Below are positions 51,401 through 62,638 of a DNA stretch of 64,000 nucleotides, in pieces. The position numbers and the translations under genes are program-made. The stretch's first letter is position 1. Each line of letters opens with the position of its first letter. The notes beneath the pieces are model-generated. The model did no database searches. It saw nothing but the letters and a program-made list of their open reading frames with translations, and was not told where the DNA came from. Origin of the DNA: Haliotis cracherodii (taxonomy: Eukaryota); NCBI RefSeq assembly GCF_022045235.1, contig NW_027266275.1:16182001-16246000 (forward strand). The letters are read 5' to 3'.

Positions 51401-54400
51401 GCGGCAGAGACTCTCCCTCCTCTCCATCTCCAGCTGAAGACGGCGCTGCAGTCGCAGGTTCTCCTCCCGGATGTGCCGCTCCTCCTGGGCGTATTGTGCC
51501 ATCTTCTCCTCATCTGGAACACACAGCATCTCAGTATCACAAGGAGAAACATGACACTTCAGTATCACAAGGAGAGACACAGCGCCTCAGTATCACAAGG
51601 AGAGACACAGCACTTCAGTATCACAAGGAGAGACACAGTGCCTCAGTATCACAAGGAGAGACACAACGCCTCAGTATCACAAGGAGAGACACAGTGCCTC
51701 AGTATCACAAGGAGAGACACAGCGCCTCAGTATCACAAGGAGAGACACAGCACTTCAGTATCACAAGGAGAGACACAGCACTTCAGTATCACAAGGAGAG
51801 ACACAGCGCCTCAGTATCACAAGGAGAGACACCATCATACTGTTACAAGGAGAGACACAGCACTTCAGTATCACAAGGAGAGACACAGCGCCTCAGTATC
51901 ACAAGGAGAGACACCATCATACTGTTACAAGGAGAGACACAGCGCCTCAGTATCACAAGGAGAGACACCATCATACTGTTACAAGGAGAGACACAGCATC
52001 TCAGTATCACAAGGAGAGACACCATCATACTGTTACAAGGAGAGACACAGCGCCTCAGTATCACAAGGAGAGACACCATCATACTGTTACAAGGAGAGAC
52101 ACAGCGCCTCAGTATCACAAGGAGAGACACCATCATACTGTTACAAGGAGAGACACAGCGCCTCAGTATCACAAGGAGAGACACCATCATACTGTTACAA
52201 GGAGAGACACAGCGCCTCAGTATCACAAGGAGAGACACCATCATACTGTTACAAGGAGAGACACAGCGTCTCAGTATCACAAGGAGAGACACCATCATAC
52301 TGTTACAAGGAGAGACACAGCGCCTCAGTATCACAAGGAGAGACACCATCATACTGTTACAAGGAGAGACACAGCGCCTCAGTATCACAAGGAGAGACAC
52401 CATCATACTGTTACAAGGAGAGACACAGCGCCTCAGTATCACAAGGAGAGACACCATCATACTGTTACAAGGAGAGACACAGCACTTCAGTATCACAAGG
52501 AGAGACACAGCGCCTCAGTATCACAAGGAGAGACACCATCATACTGTTACAAGGAGAGACACAGCGCCTCAGTATCACAAGGAGAGACACCATCATACTG
52601 TTACAAGGAGAGACACAGCGCCTCAGTATCACAAGGAGAGACACCATCATACTGTTACAAGGAGAGACACAGCGCCTCAGTATCACAAGGAGAGACACCA
52701 TCATACTGTTACAAGGAGAGACACAGCGCCTCAGTATCACAAGGAGAGACACCATCATACTGTTACAAGGAGAGACACTGCGCCTCAGTATCACAAGGAG
52801 AGACACCATCATACTGTTACAAGGAGAGACACAGCGCCTCAGTATCACAAGGAGAGACACCATCATACTGTTACAAGGAGAGACACAGCGTCTCAGTATC
52901 ACAAGGAGAGACACCATCATACTGTTACAAGGAGAGACACAGCGCCTCAGTATCACAAGGAGAGACACCATCATACTGTTACAAGGAGAGACACTGCGCC
53001 TCAGTATCACAAGGAGAGACACCATCATACTGTTACAAGGAGAGACACACATGCACAAATCAGAGCTTAGGTAATCCCAAGGTCATCAGAAGGTAATACT
53101 AGCACTAGAATAGTCGGCCTTCAAAATTTTATCACTTCAATGCCCTACAACAAGGATGCGATGTACCAAATGTCATCCTACAACAGTAAACCAGGAAACA
53201 CTTCTTGAGTTAATGTAAACACCAATCCTGGTACATTTTTTAAGTGTACAATCTTGAGAGTGAATTTGAGCTCCATTATCAGTGGCAAGTACTTCAAGAA
53301 CATTCCAACGGACTTTCCAGCCTATATTCCACATATGATGTCCCTTGGTGGAATCCAATGTAACAATGAAAACATAGCATACGCCCTACAGCATTATCAG
53401 TGAAAGTAGATCACTGACATACCATCATTTGTCATAGATAGTTATTCAAATAAAAGAACTACATTCATATGATCTAAAACATATCTGAAGAAAAAGGCAT
53501 TTTAGTGAAAATGGCAAACATACTTTACAAATAGCCTTCTCTATGACTTTGACCTCATATATAGGTCACACAAAAACCATCTCGGCCCCACCCAAAGGAA
53601 GAGTGAGTGAGTTGGATTTTACGCCGCTTTTAACAGTATTCCAGTTATATCGCGGTGTGTCAGCTTAATGTGGTAGGAAAGCTCGAAGTGATGCAGGTCT
53701 CAGATGTTTACCACCGAGAAACCCACGAGCACGGGTATGGTGCTGACAAACCTAGAAACATAATCGGGGCGAACCGGGATTCGAACCCACAATCCTAGGT
53801 TTCTGGCATGCCCAAGGGACGCAACTCTGCACAGCGAATCGCAGCGCCTTAGACAACTGGGCCACCCGTGCCCCCACCCCCCAAAGGAAGATATATACCA
53901 AGATTCCTTGACCATTGTTGACCAACAGTAGTTCCTTCGTGAATTTAACAAACCTTTTTTTCAAGCTGAATTAAATCTTGACTTGACATTTCAACGTGAT
54001 ACAAAAATGTCAAGAGTTATAAAGACAAAAATGATATGATATCCTTGACATGTCCAAGCAGTGGACAAGCATTTACATGGTGTTGCATAAAAAGCTGCCA
54101 TCAAATTTCGTGGTTTGGTCAGCTGCTGTAAATGTATGTTCTGACAAGGAAGATCTGTCTGTCCCTGTGTGTACTCACGTTCTGACAAGGAGGATCTGTC
54201 TGTCCCTGTGTGTACTCACGTTCTGACAGGGAGGATCTGTCTGTCCCTGTATGTCCACGTGTGTACTCACGTTCTGACAAGGAGGATCTGTCTGTGTGTA
54301 CTCACGTTCTGACAAGGAGGATCTGTCTGTCCCTGTGTGGACTCACGTTCTGACAAGGAGGATCTGTCTGTCCACGTGTGTACTCATGTTCTGACAAGGA

Positions 54401-57400
54401 GGATCTGTCTGTCCCTGTCTGTCCACGTGTGTACTCACGTTCTGACAAGGAGGATCTGTCTGTGTGTACTCACGTTCTGACAAGGAGGATCTGTCTGTTC
54501 CTGTGTGTACTCACGTTCTGACAAGGAGGATCTGTCTGTCCCTGTGTGTACTCAGGTTCTGACAAGGAGGATCTGTTTGTCCCTGTGTGTACTCACGTTC
54601 TGACAAGGAGGATCTGTTTGTCCCTGTGTGTACTCACGTTCTGACAAGGAGGATTTGTCTGTCCCTGTGTGTACTCATGTTCTGACAAGGAGGATCTGTT
54701 TGTCCCTGTGTGTACTCACGTTCTGACAAGGAGGATCTGTCTGTCCCCGTGTGTACTCACGTTCTGACAAGGAGGATTTGTCTGTCCCTGTGTGTACTCA
54801 TGTTCTGACAAGGAGGATCTGTCTGTCCCTGTGTGTACTCACGTTCTGACAAGGAGGATCTGTCTGTCCCTGTGTGTACTCACGTTCTGACAAGGAGGAT
54901 CTGTCTGTCCCTGTGTGTACTCACGTTCTGACAAGGAGGATCTGTCTGTCCCTGTATGTACTCACGTTCTGACAAGGAGGATCTGTCTGTCCCTGTGTGT
55001 ACTCACGTTCTGACAAGGAGGATCTGTCTGTCCCTGTGTGTACTCATGTTCTGACAAGGAGGATCTGTCTGTGTGTACTCATGTTCTGACAAGGAGGATC
55101 TGTCTGTGTGTACTCATGTTCTGACAAGGAGGATCTGTCTGTGTGTACTCATGTTCTGACAAGGAGGATTTGTCTGTCCCTGTATGTACTCATGTTCTGA
55201 CAAGGAGGATCTGTCTGTATGTACTCATGTTCTGACAAGGAGGATTTGTCTGTCCCTGTATGTACTCACGTTCTGACAAGGAGGATCTGTTTGTCCCTGT
55301 GTGTACTCATGTTCTGACAAGGAGGATCTGTCTGTCCCTGTATGTACTCACGTTCTGACAAGGAGGATCTGTCTGTCCCTGTATGTACTCACGTTCTGAC
55401 AAGGAGGATCTGTCTGTCCCTGTGTGTACTCATATTCTGACAAGGAGGATCTGTCTGTCCCTGTGTGTACTCATGTTCTGACAAGGAGGATCTGTTTGTC
55501 CCTGTGTGTACTCATGTTCTGACAAGGAGGATTTGTCTGTCCCTGTGTGTACTCATGTTCTGACAAGGAGGATTTGTCTGTCCCTGTGTGTACTCATGTT
55601 CTGACAAGGAGGATCTGTTTGTCCCTGTGTGTACTCATGTTCTGACAAGGAGGATCTGTCTGTGTGTACTCATGTTCTGACAAGGAGGATTTGTCTGTCC
55701 CTGTGTGTACTCATGTTCTGACAAGGAGGATCTGTCTGTCCCTGTGTGTACTCATGTTCTGACAAGGAGGATTTGTCTGTCCCTGTGTGTACTCACGTTC
55801 TGACAAGGAGGATCTGTCTGTCCCTGTATGTACTCATGTTCTGACAAGGAGGATCTGTCTGTGTGTACTCACATTCTGACAAGGAGGATCTGTCTGTCCC
55901 CATGTGTACTCACGTTCTGACAAGGAGGATCTGTCTGTCCCTGTGTGTACTCACGTTTTGACAAGGAGGATTTGTCTGTCCCTGTGTGTACTCACGTTCT
56001 GACAAGGAGGATCTGTCTGTCCCTGTATGTACTCATGTTCTGACAAGGAGGATCTGTCTGTGTGTACTCATGTTCTGACAAGGAGGATCTGTCTGTCCCT
56101 GTGTGTACTCACGTTCTGACAAGGCCTGTCTGAGCTGGTTCTTTAATCTGTTGGTCTCCCCGCGGAGATTCTCAATGTGCTGCATCAGGTTATGTGCTGT
56201 GTCACCGTTGTTCATATCACGTGGCGACGGTGGCGCCGATACGGGCTGGTCCAACTTCTCCTGCAGTAACCTGCATCACATACACAATGCTGCTTATTCC
56301 TTTAAACTTATGAAAACTTCATGACATGAAATATTTCTTATTCATTTTCTGAACAGTCACTTCATATTTATAACGGTACAATACACATACTATGATATTC
56401 TGAACATCATGATAATCAAACAGATATCTTTTCTAAAATTGTTCATTTAAATCTTACATCAACACTGTAGTAAATGTACTTATAAAACTGATGAAAAAGG
56501 TTCACAAAAGACCTTAAACTGATAATGGTAAGACAGGACACAACCAAAAGTTAGCCAAGTAAACACAAGACACAAAAATAAACCAATAGTGGTCACACAG
56601 GACACATCTTTATCTTAACCAAGTTAATACAACTGGAAGTTAGCCATGTTAACACAGGACGCAACAGTAAACCTACAATGGCCACACATGACACAAGTAC
56701 AAGTTAGCCATGTTAACACAAGACACAATACTAAACCTACAATGGCCACACAGGACACAATTACAAGTTAGCCAAGTTAACACAAGACACAACAGTAAAC
56801 TGATCATGGTCACACAAGTCACAACTAACCGCTTCTCGGCCTCCAGTTTATCCATCTTCTTCCACAGCCGATTGACCAATGACTCCTGTTCCTGCTCAAG
56901 GGCATTCTCCAACTCCACCTTCTCCCGGCGCAACTACAACAGGGAGAAATCATAATGATACAAGGCACAATATCATACATATGGTCTGTTTGGACACTGT
57001 GTCTGGACAACACCTTGAGCTACTGACCTGTTCTAGTGTCTGCTGTCTGGACACACCTTGAGCTACTGACCTGTTCTAGTGTTTGCTGTCTGGACACACC
57101 TTGGACTACTGACCTGTTCTAGTGTTTGCTGTCTGGGCACACCTTGGACTACTGACCTGTTCTAGTGTCTGCTGTCTGGACACACCTTGAGCTACTGACC
57201 TGTTCTAGTGTTTGCTGTCTGGACACACCTTGAGCTACTGACCTGTTCTAGTGTTTGCTGTCTGGACTACACCTTGAGCTACTGACCTGTTCTAGTGTTT
57301 GCTGTCTGGACTACACCTTGAGCTACTGACCTGTTCTAGTGTTTGCTGTCTTGACATCACATTGAGCCTCATACTGACCTGTTCTCGTGTCTGCTGTCTG

Positions 57401-60400
57401 GACAACACCTTGAGCTACTGACCTGTTCTTGTGTTTGCTGTCTGGACAACACCTTGAGCTACTGACCTGTTCTAGTGTTTGCTGTCTGGACTACACCTTG
57501 AGCTACTGACCTGTTCTATTGTTTGCTGTCTGGACTACACCTTGAGCTACTGACCTGTTCTAGTGTTTGCTGTCTGGACTACACCTTGAGCTACTGACCT
57601 GTTCTAGTGTTTGCTGTCTGGACTACACCTTGAGCTACTGACCTGTTCTAGTGTTTGCTGTCTGGACTACACCTTGAGCTACTGACCTGTTCTAGTGTTT
57701 GCTGTCTGGACTACACCTTGAGCTACTGACCTGTTCTAGTGTTTGCTGTCTGGACTACACCTTGAGCTACTGACCTGTTCTAGTGTTTGCTGTCTGGACA
57801 CACCTTGAGCTACTGACCTGTTCTTGTGTCTGCTGTTTGGACAACACCTTGGGCTACTGACCTGTTCTCATGTCTGCTGTCTTGACATCACCTTGAGCCT
57901 CATACTGACCTGTTCTAGTGTTTGCTGTCTGGACAACACCTTGAGCTACTGACCTGTTCTAGTGTCTGCTGTTTGGACACTGTGTCTGCCTCCAGTTTCT
58001 CTATCTTCCTCATCAGCTTGTTGATCTGGTATTCCTGTTCCTTCTCCAATGTCTGTTCCAACTCTATCTTCTCCTGCCTCAACTGCAACAACAACAACAA
58101 CAACAACTAACTACACCGACAGCAGATGTTAAAACAAGGGGCAAGTCCCTGTCACTGACTGGTAGCATCTCTTAGAGGTCAATACCAACAGCTTTGTACA
58201 CGTCAGTACTTTCTAGAAACCCTTATTTGCTGGTTGTTGGTTGGTTGGTTGGTTGGTTGTTTTACACCGCACTCAGCAATATTCCAGTTATATGACAGCG
58301 GTCTGTAAATAATCGAGTATGGACCAGACAATCCAGTGATTAAAATCATGAACATCGATCCACGCAATTAGGATCTATGACATGCATCAACCAAGTCAGC
58401 GGGCCTGACCACCCGATCCCGTTTAGTCGCCTTTTACGACAAGCATAGTCACCTTTTACAGCAAGCATGGGTTGCTGAGACCTATTCTACTCCGGAATCT
58501 TCACGGGTTATTTGCTTGTATAATCTGAGAAAACTGTATGACAACATCCAACATATATGGAGGTATTGTCCTCAGTACATTTATTAGTAGTGGGACAATA
58601 CATCGATGCATTTGGGTGATCATAATTTTTCACTTCTCGGTAGAAGTATCTATCATAATTGCACACTAAGTTAAAAGTATTGATTCTTACCTTAAATGTA
58701 TTCTTTAATAAATGTTATATCAAACACTAATTTTTTGTGAAAATGAGTAGTGAAATCGTAAATAGTTTTATCCATTGTGCCATACTTGACACTGCCAACT
58801 GTAAATCGTTAATGGCCAGGTTTTGGGCGATCTATGAAAAAGATTGCTTACATTGCAATCTTAGTGCTAAGACGATCCTAACTCCCAAACTCAAGGTCAA
58901 AGGTCATGGCACCAAGATCGCTTTGAAGAACAGGGCCTCGTTCCACAAAGCGATCTTAGTGCTAAGACGATCCTAACTCCCAAACTCCAAGAATGACAAA
59001 GGTCATGGCACCAAGATCGCTTTGAAGAACAGGGCCTCGTTCCACAAAGCGATCTTAGTGCTAAGTTGGTCGTAACTCCCCTACTTAACATAGGCTTACA
59101 ATCAAATAGCACTAAGATCGCATTGTGGAACGGGGCCCAGGCCCTGGAATCTGACAATCCAGTGGAGTCAGGGACATGCAATCAACCAAGTCAACAACCA
59201 CGACTGCCTTATCTATACAGTTGCCTCCCAACACAGGCAAGCACAGGTTAACTTCTCTAAGAGGCATTTAGAAGTTGGAGTGCTAAGTAAGGATGTACGT
59301 GGATGAACATCACTTGATTGACAATGGTCTTAGAACTTACATTGATACGTTGCTCCTAATTGTAATATAGAAGTTGTTCATCCATATATCTTATACTTAC
59401 TAATAACAGGTTACTTGGCAGCAGTCCTACCCTGTGATAGAAACTAACTGTTTCAGTCCACTGGTCCTTATAATGATAACAAATAGCAAAACCCTTAAAA
59501 GGGGCTATTTTCTTCTAGTCTTAATGATACCGTAACTATTGGGCAGTTTGGCAAGGACTACAGGACTAGTGCCAATTTCTAACGCTGGGGTAGTGGCAGA
59601 TGACAGGCCCAAACTGTTCAGATAGGACTTACAACAAATAAGTCACTTGACTTATTACAAAATATCGAAGCAAGTCACGGCTGGTTTTTTTCATGAGTCA
59701 GTGACTGTTCATCATGTTCATGAACAAGAATGATGAATGACCACAGACTTGTTCATGAAGTATTTCTGCTGGGTGGTGCTTTGCGGCGTCACACAACACA
59801 CGAACACTGACTTATTCATGTTATCTATACAGATTGTGTGAGGTAGAACAGGACCTGGTAGAACAGGACACGACATACCCTATACACAAACATCGGTCAT
59901 CATCACTGATTTTCAGTGATCCATTCACATCATTTTCACCCCTAATTTAGTATTTTATTTTTTATGCCCACTGGAATCCACTTTGGTGGATAATCACTAC
60001 TAGTTGTTCTTTAGCTTTGACATGTCATATTTAGGTCATATTCACTTCAAAGTCTTGACAAAAGTTTGCTTGCTTGTTTCCAGTTTCATAATCAATTCAA
60101 CCGTTATGGACAAAACGATAACAAATAAATACAAATGATAATCATTACCTGATTAAATATAATGCATTTCCAGGATAAATCCCACAGCAATTATCCTGTT
60201 GTCTTGTTGCAAACAATACATAAACAATATCAGTTTCATGTGATCATAAATAATTCACTAGTTTCAGTCTGTATTCCCCTATTGTTAGTGTAGGGTGTCA
60301 GACCAGGTACTGTGCACGTGTGGTTTTACTCTCGTCATGAGTGACATCCCTCTGGGTTGTTTTAATCATACACTCAGACACAATAAGTAGAAGATCAGGG

Positions 60401-62638
60401 CACCACTGGGACAATGATCTCTTTCAATACTCTCAGGCGTTACCATTTTAGAATTAATTTACAAATTTAACGTTGAAGAGCAAGAACTATGAGACCAGTT
60501 CAGCGAAAATGGCAATGTGTAAGGATAGGGCTTTATATTTTTTGTAATTTTACAAAAAAACAGGATCTTTAAAAAACAAAGCAATTTAAACAAAGAAATA
60601 ACACTTTTTGTCGATACAAAAACAGTGATGACTTTCTACTTTATTCCATTTGTTTTGCAAACTTAAAAAAAGTTCTTACTTGAAAGTTAAACACACTCTC
60701 AAGTCGAACTGAGCAGTATTTCAGACAGTTTACTGTCATTCCCATGACTCTTGGTGCCAGGCAATGCAAGAACTATGGTCAGCCCCTTCTATAGTGAAAT
60801 GTATTTCTAAACACATGGCTGTAGAAATTGGACAGCACCATAACTGGTTACCATAGTTACATCTGGATCAGATATATATTTAAATGCGAGTTTTCATTTC
60901 TGAATTAAATTGGAGGTTTTGTTATTAACACCATATTAACATTAGCATGAAATGTACATAATTCCCCTGCTATATGTGCATACAGAGACAACGCGTGACA
61001 AACAACGCAAACTCTGTCTCCCCAGTGTATAAATCGCCAAGAGTAGATAGAAATGTCACTTTTTCTAAATTCCATCAAGAAATCCTAATAAAACACAATA
61101 TCATTTTAGGAGAGCATTTTTTTAGATATTCTCTATTTAAGTTTTACATTTTATATCAAAACATTTCCAGGACATATATTGCCTATGTCATAGGTGAAAG
61201 GTATATCAACATTTAACAACTATTACAACTATTACATTACTGAATTTCTGATCTATGATGATGGTAAATATTTTTTCAAATCAAAATTAGAATTGGCCAT
61301 TATTTTTATGCTAACTTAAAATGGTTAATTCAAATCAATGAAACAAATGTGAGATGTGAATTCCTTGATATTTGTCTAAAAAGCATAATTTTGAAAGTAT
61401 TTTATTTAACATTATTGACAACAACCAATGACGACGGATGTCTTCTATTGAGCAGCAACAGACCATCACTGTGAGAAGTGTCCTTGACCTTCAGGATATA
61501 GCTGAGCATAGTGTTTCCTCAGCAGCATGTCTTAGACTTGACCTTTGTAACTTGACTTTGACATAAAGGTCAAGGTGAAGTGCTATTGCATACCAGTATG
61601 TGATGTCTAGCCCTAAACCATAGCAGTAAACACAGACAATTTTCACTGATAAATCTGACAGGGGAGATTAAGAGAAACAGATTATATTTTCCCCTAAGCA
61701 TGCTCAGTATAACAGAATCAGAAATCACTGCCTACATCATTATCAGCCTGAAGATATAACATGCCTCCAATTTGGCAGAGTTCCTATATTTCAATGCCCT
61801 TGATGTTGAAAATCAAATTCATGCTTACCCTATGTTTACTTTATTTGAATAAAGGCCACTTAACATGCTGACATGTTATATTGCCTCGGAACCTATATCC
61901 TCATGTCATGCGGTCCCTCCAGTGTGTCATGTTGTCAGTCTTATCGGTTAGGTAATCACTCTCTAATGTCATGCATGAGTTTCCTGGAGAGATTGTTAGT
62001 GGGGTACTCCCCATCTACCCAGGCCCACCTGCATGAGTTTCCAGGAGAGATCGTTAGTGAGGTACTCCCCATCTATCCAGGCCCACCTGCATGAGTTTCC
62101 GGGACAGATCGTTAGTGAGGTACTCCCCTCTACCTGCACCCCTATAGACCCACATGCATGAGTTTCCGGGACAGATCGTTAGTGAGGTACTCCCTTCTAC
62201 CTGCACCCTAAGAGACCCACCTGCATGAGTTTCCGGGACAGATCGTTAGTGAGGTACTCCCCTCTACCTGCACCTCTAGAGACCCACATGCATGAGTTTC
62301 CGGGTCAGATCGTTAGTGAGGTACTCCCTTCTACCTGCACCCTAAGAGACCCACCTGCATGAGTTTCCGGGACAGATCGTTAGTGAGGTACTCCCCTCTA
62401 CCTGCACCCTAAGAGATCCACCTGCATGAGTTTCCTGGACAGATCGCTAGTGAGGTACTCCCCTCTACCTGCACCCCTAGAGACCCACCTGCATGAGTTT
62501 CCGGGACAGATCGTTAGTGAGGTATTCCTCCTCCTGCTCGTAGTTCATCGCCAGGGTCTCCTTCTCCTTCTTCAGAGACTGGATCTTCTTCAGCAGAGTG
62601 TTGCTGATAAACTCCTCCTCTTGTTCAGCTTTGGCTTG
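43269..62638 (-). CDS. CCDC6: Coiled-coil domain-containing protein 6, exons 2-9 (62489-62638, 57954-58082, 56830-56933, 56113-56270, 51357-51513, 50666-50784, 46983-47206, 43269-43340); exon 1 outside the window
   Basis: Exons translate to [118 protein letters not shown] and SPEKFAKP*. All are GT-AG and phase-consistent. The last acceptor has a TACTGAC branch site. The last two exons are less certain. Confidence 0.93.
45030..45395. mobile_element. hAT-like MITE
   Basis: TAGGGCTGGGACG ... CGTCCCAGCCCTA terminal inverted repeats with subterminal GGGTACCC motifs. No TSD recognisable. Confidence 0.7.
47268..48060. repeat. ~800-bp GA-rich low-complexity tract (pyrimidine-rich on the transcribed strand)
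   Basis: Degenerate GGAGA/GAAGG repeats just upstream of the CCDC6 exon-8 acceptor (47207-47208). Confidence 0.9.
49655..50713 (-). repeat. 79-bp tandem array of the CCDC6 exon-7 3' end plus its donor
   Basis: Unit starts at 50101, 50180, 50259, 50338, 50417, 50496, 50575 and 50654, with degenerate copies toward 49655. Each contains ...CTGTCACCTG|GTAGGTAT. Confidence 0.95.
51519..53048 (-). repeat. 28-bp / 54-bp (28+26) higher-order minisatellite abutting the CCDC6 exon-6 acceptor
   Basis: ACACAGCGCCTCAGTATCACAAGGAGAG alternating with ACACCATCATACTGTTACAAGGAGAG. Confidence 0.95.
54135..56124 (-). repeat. 41-bp (and 35-bp variant) tandem array of the CCDC6 exon-5 3' end plus its donor, ~50 copies
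   Basis: Minus-strand unit contains CCTTGTCAGAAC|GTGAGTAC, identical to the real junction at 56113/56112. Confidence 0.95.
56986..57980 (-). repeat. 43-44-bp tandem array of the CCDC6 exon-3 3' end plus its donor, ~22 copies
   Basis: Minus-strand unit contains CAGCA(A/G)ACACTAGAACAG|GTCAGTAG, matching the real junction at 57954/57953. Confidence 0.95.
59033..59137. mobile_element. PIF/Harbinger-like MITE with its 5' part tandemly duplicated (~58850-59030); related copy at ~48480-48563
   Basis: TIR GGCCTCGTTCCACAAAGCGATCTTAGTGCTA / TAGCACTAAGATCGCATTGTGGAACGGGGCC, flanked by CAG on both sides (3-bp TSD). Confidence 0.65.
61971..62525 (-). repeat. 67-bp tandem array of the CCDC6 exon-2 3' end plus its donor, ~8 extra copies
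   Basis: Period of 67 (62087, 62154, 62221, 62288, 62355, 62422, 62489) with two distal 58-bp diverged copies. Each contains TACCTCACTAACGATCTGTCCCGGAAACTCATGCAG|GTGGGT or a variant. Confidence 0.95.

Noticed and set aside
51265-53074. 601-aa and 558-aa plus-strand ORFs and 221/197-aa minus-strand ORFs
   Set aside because: They are translations of the 28/54-bp minisatellite (54 is divisible by 3), antisense to or intronic in CCDC6, with no domain content.
54135-57980. CRISPR-like regular repeats
   Set aside because: Head-to-tail units with no unique spacers, no cas genes, and a eukaryotic intronic context.
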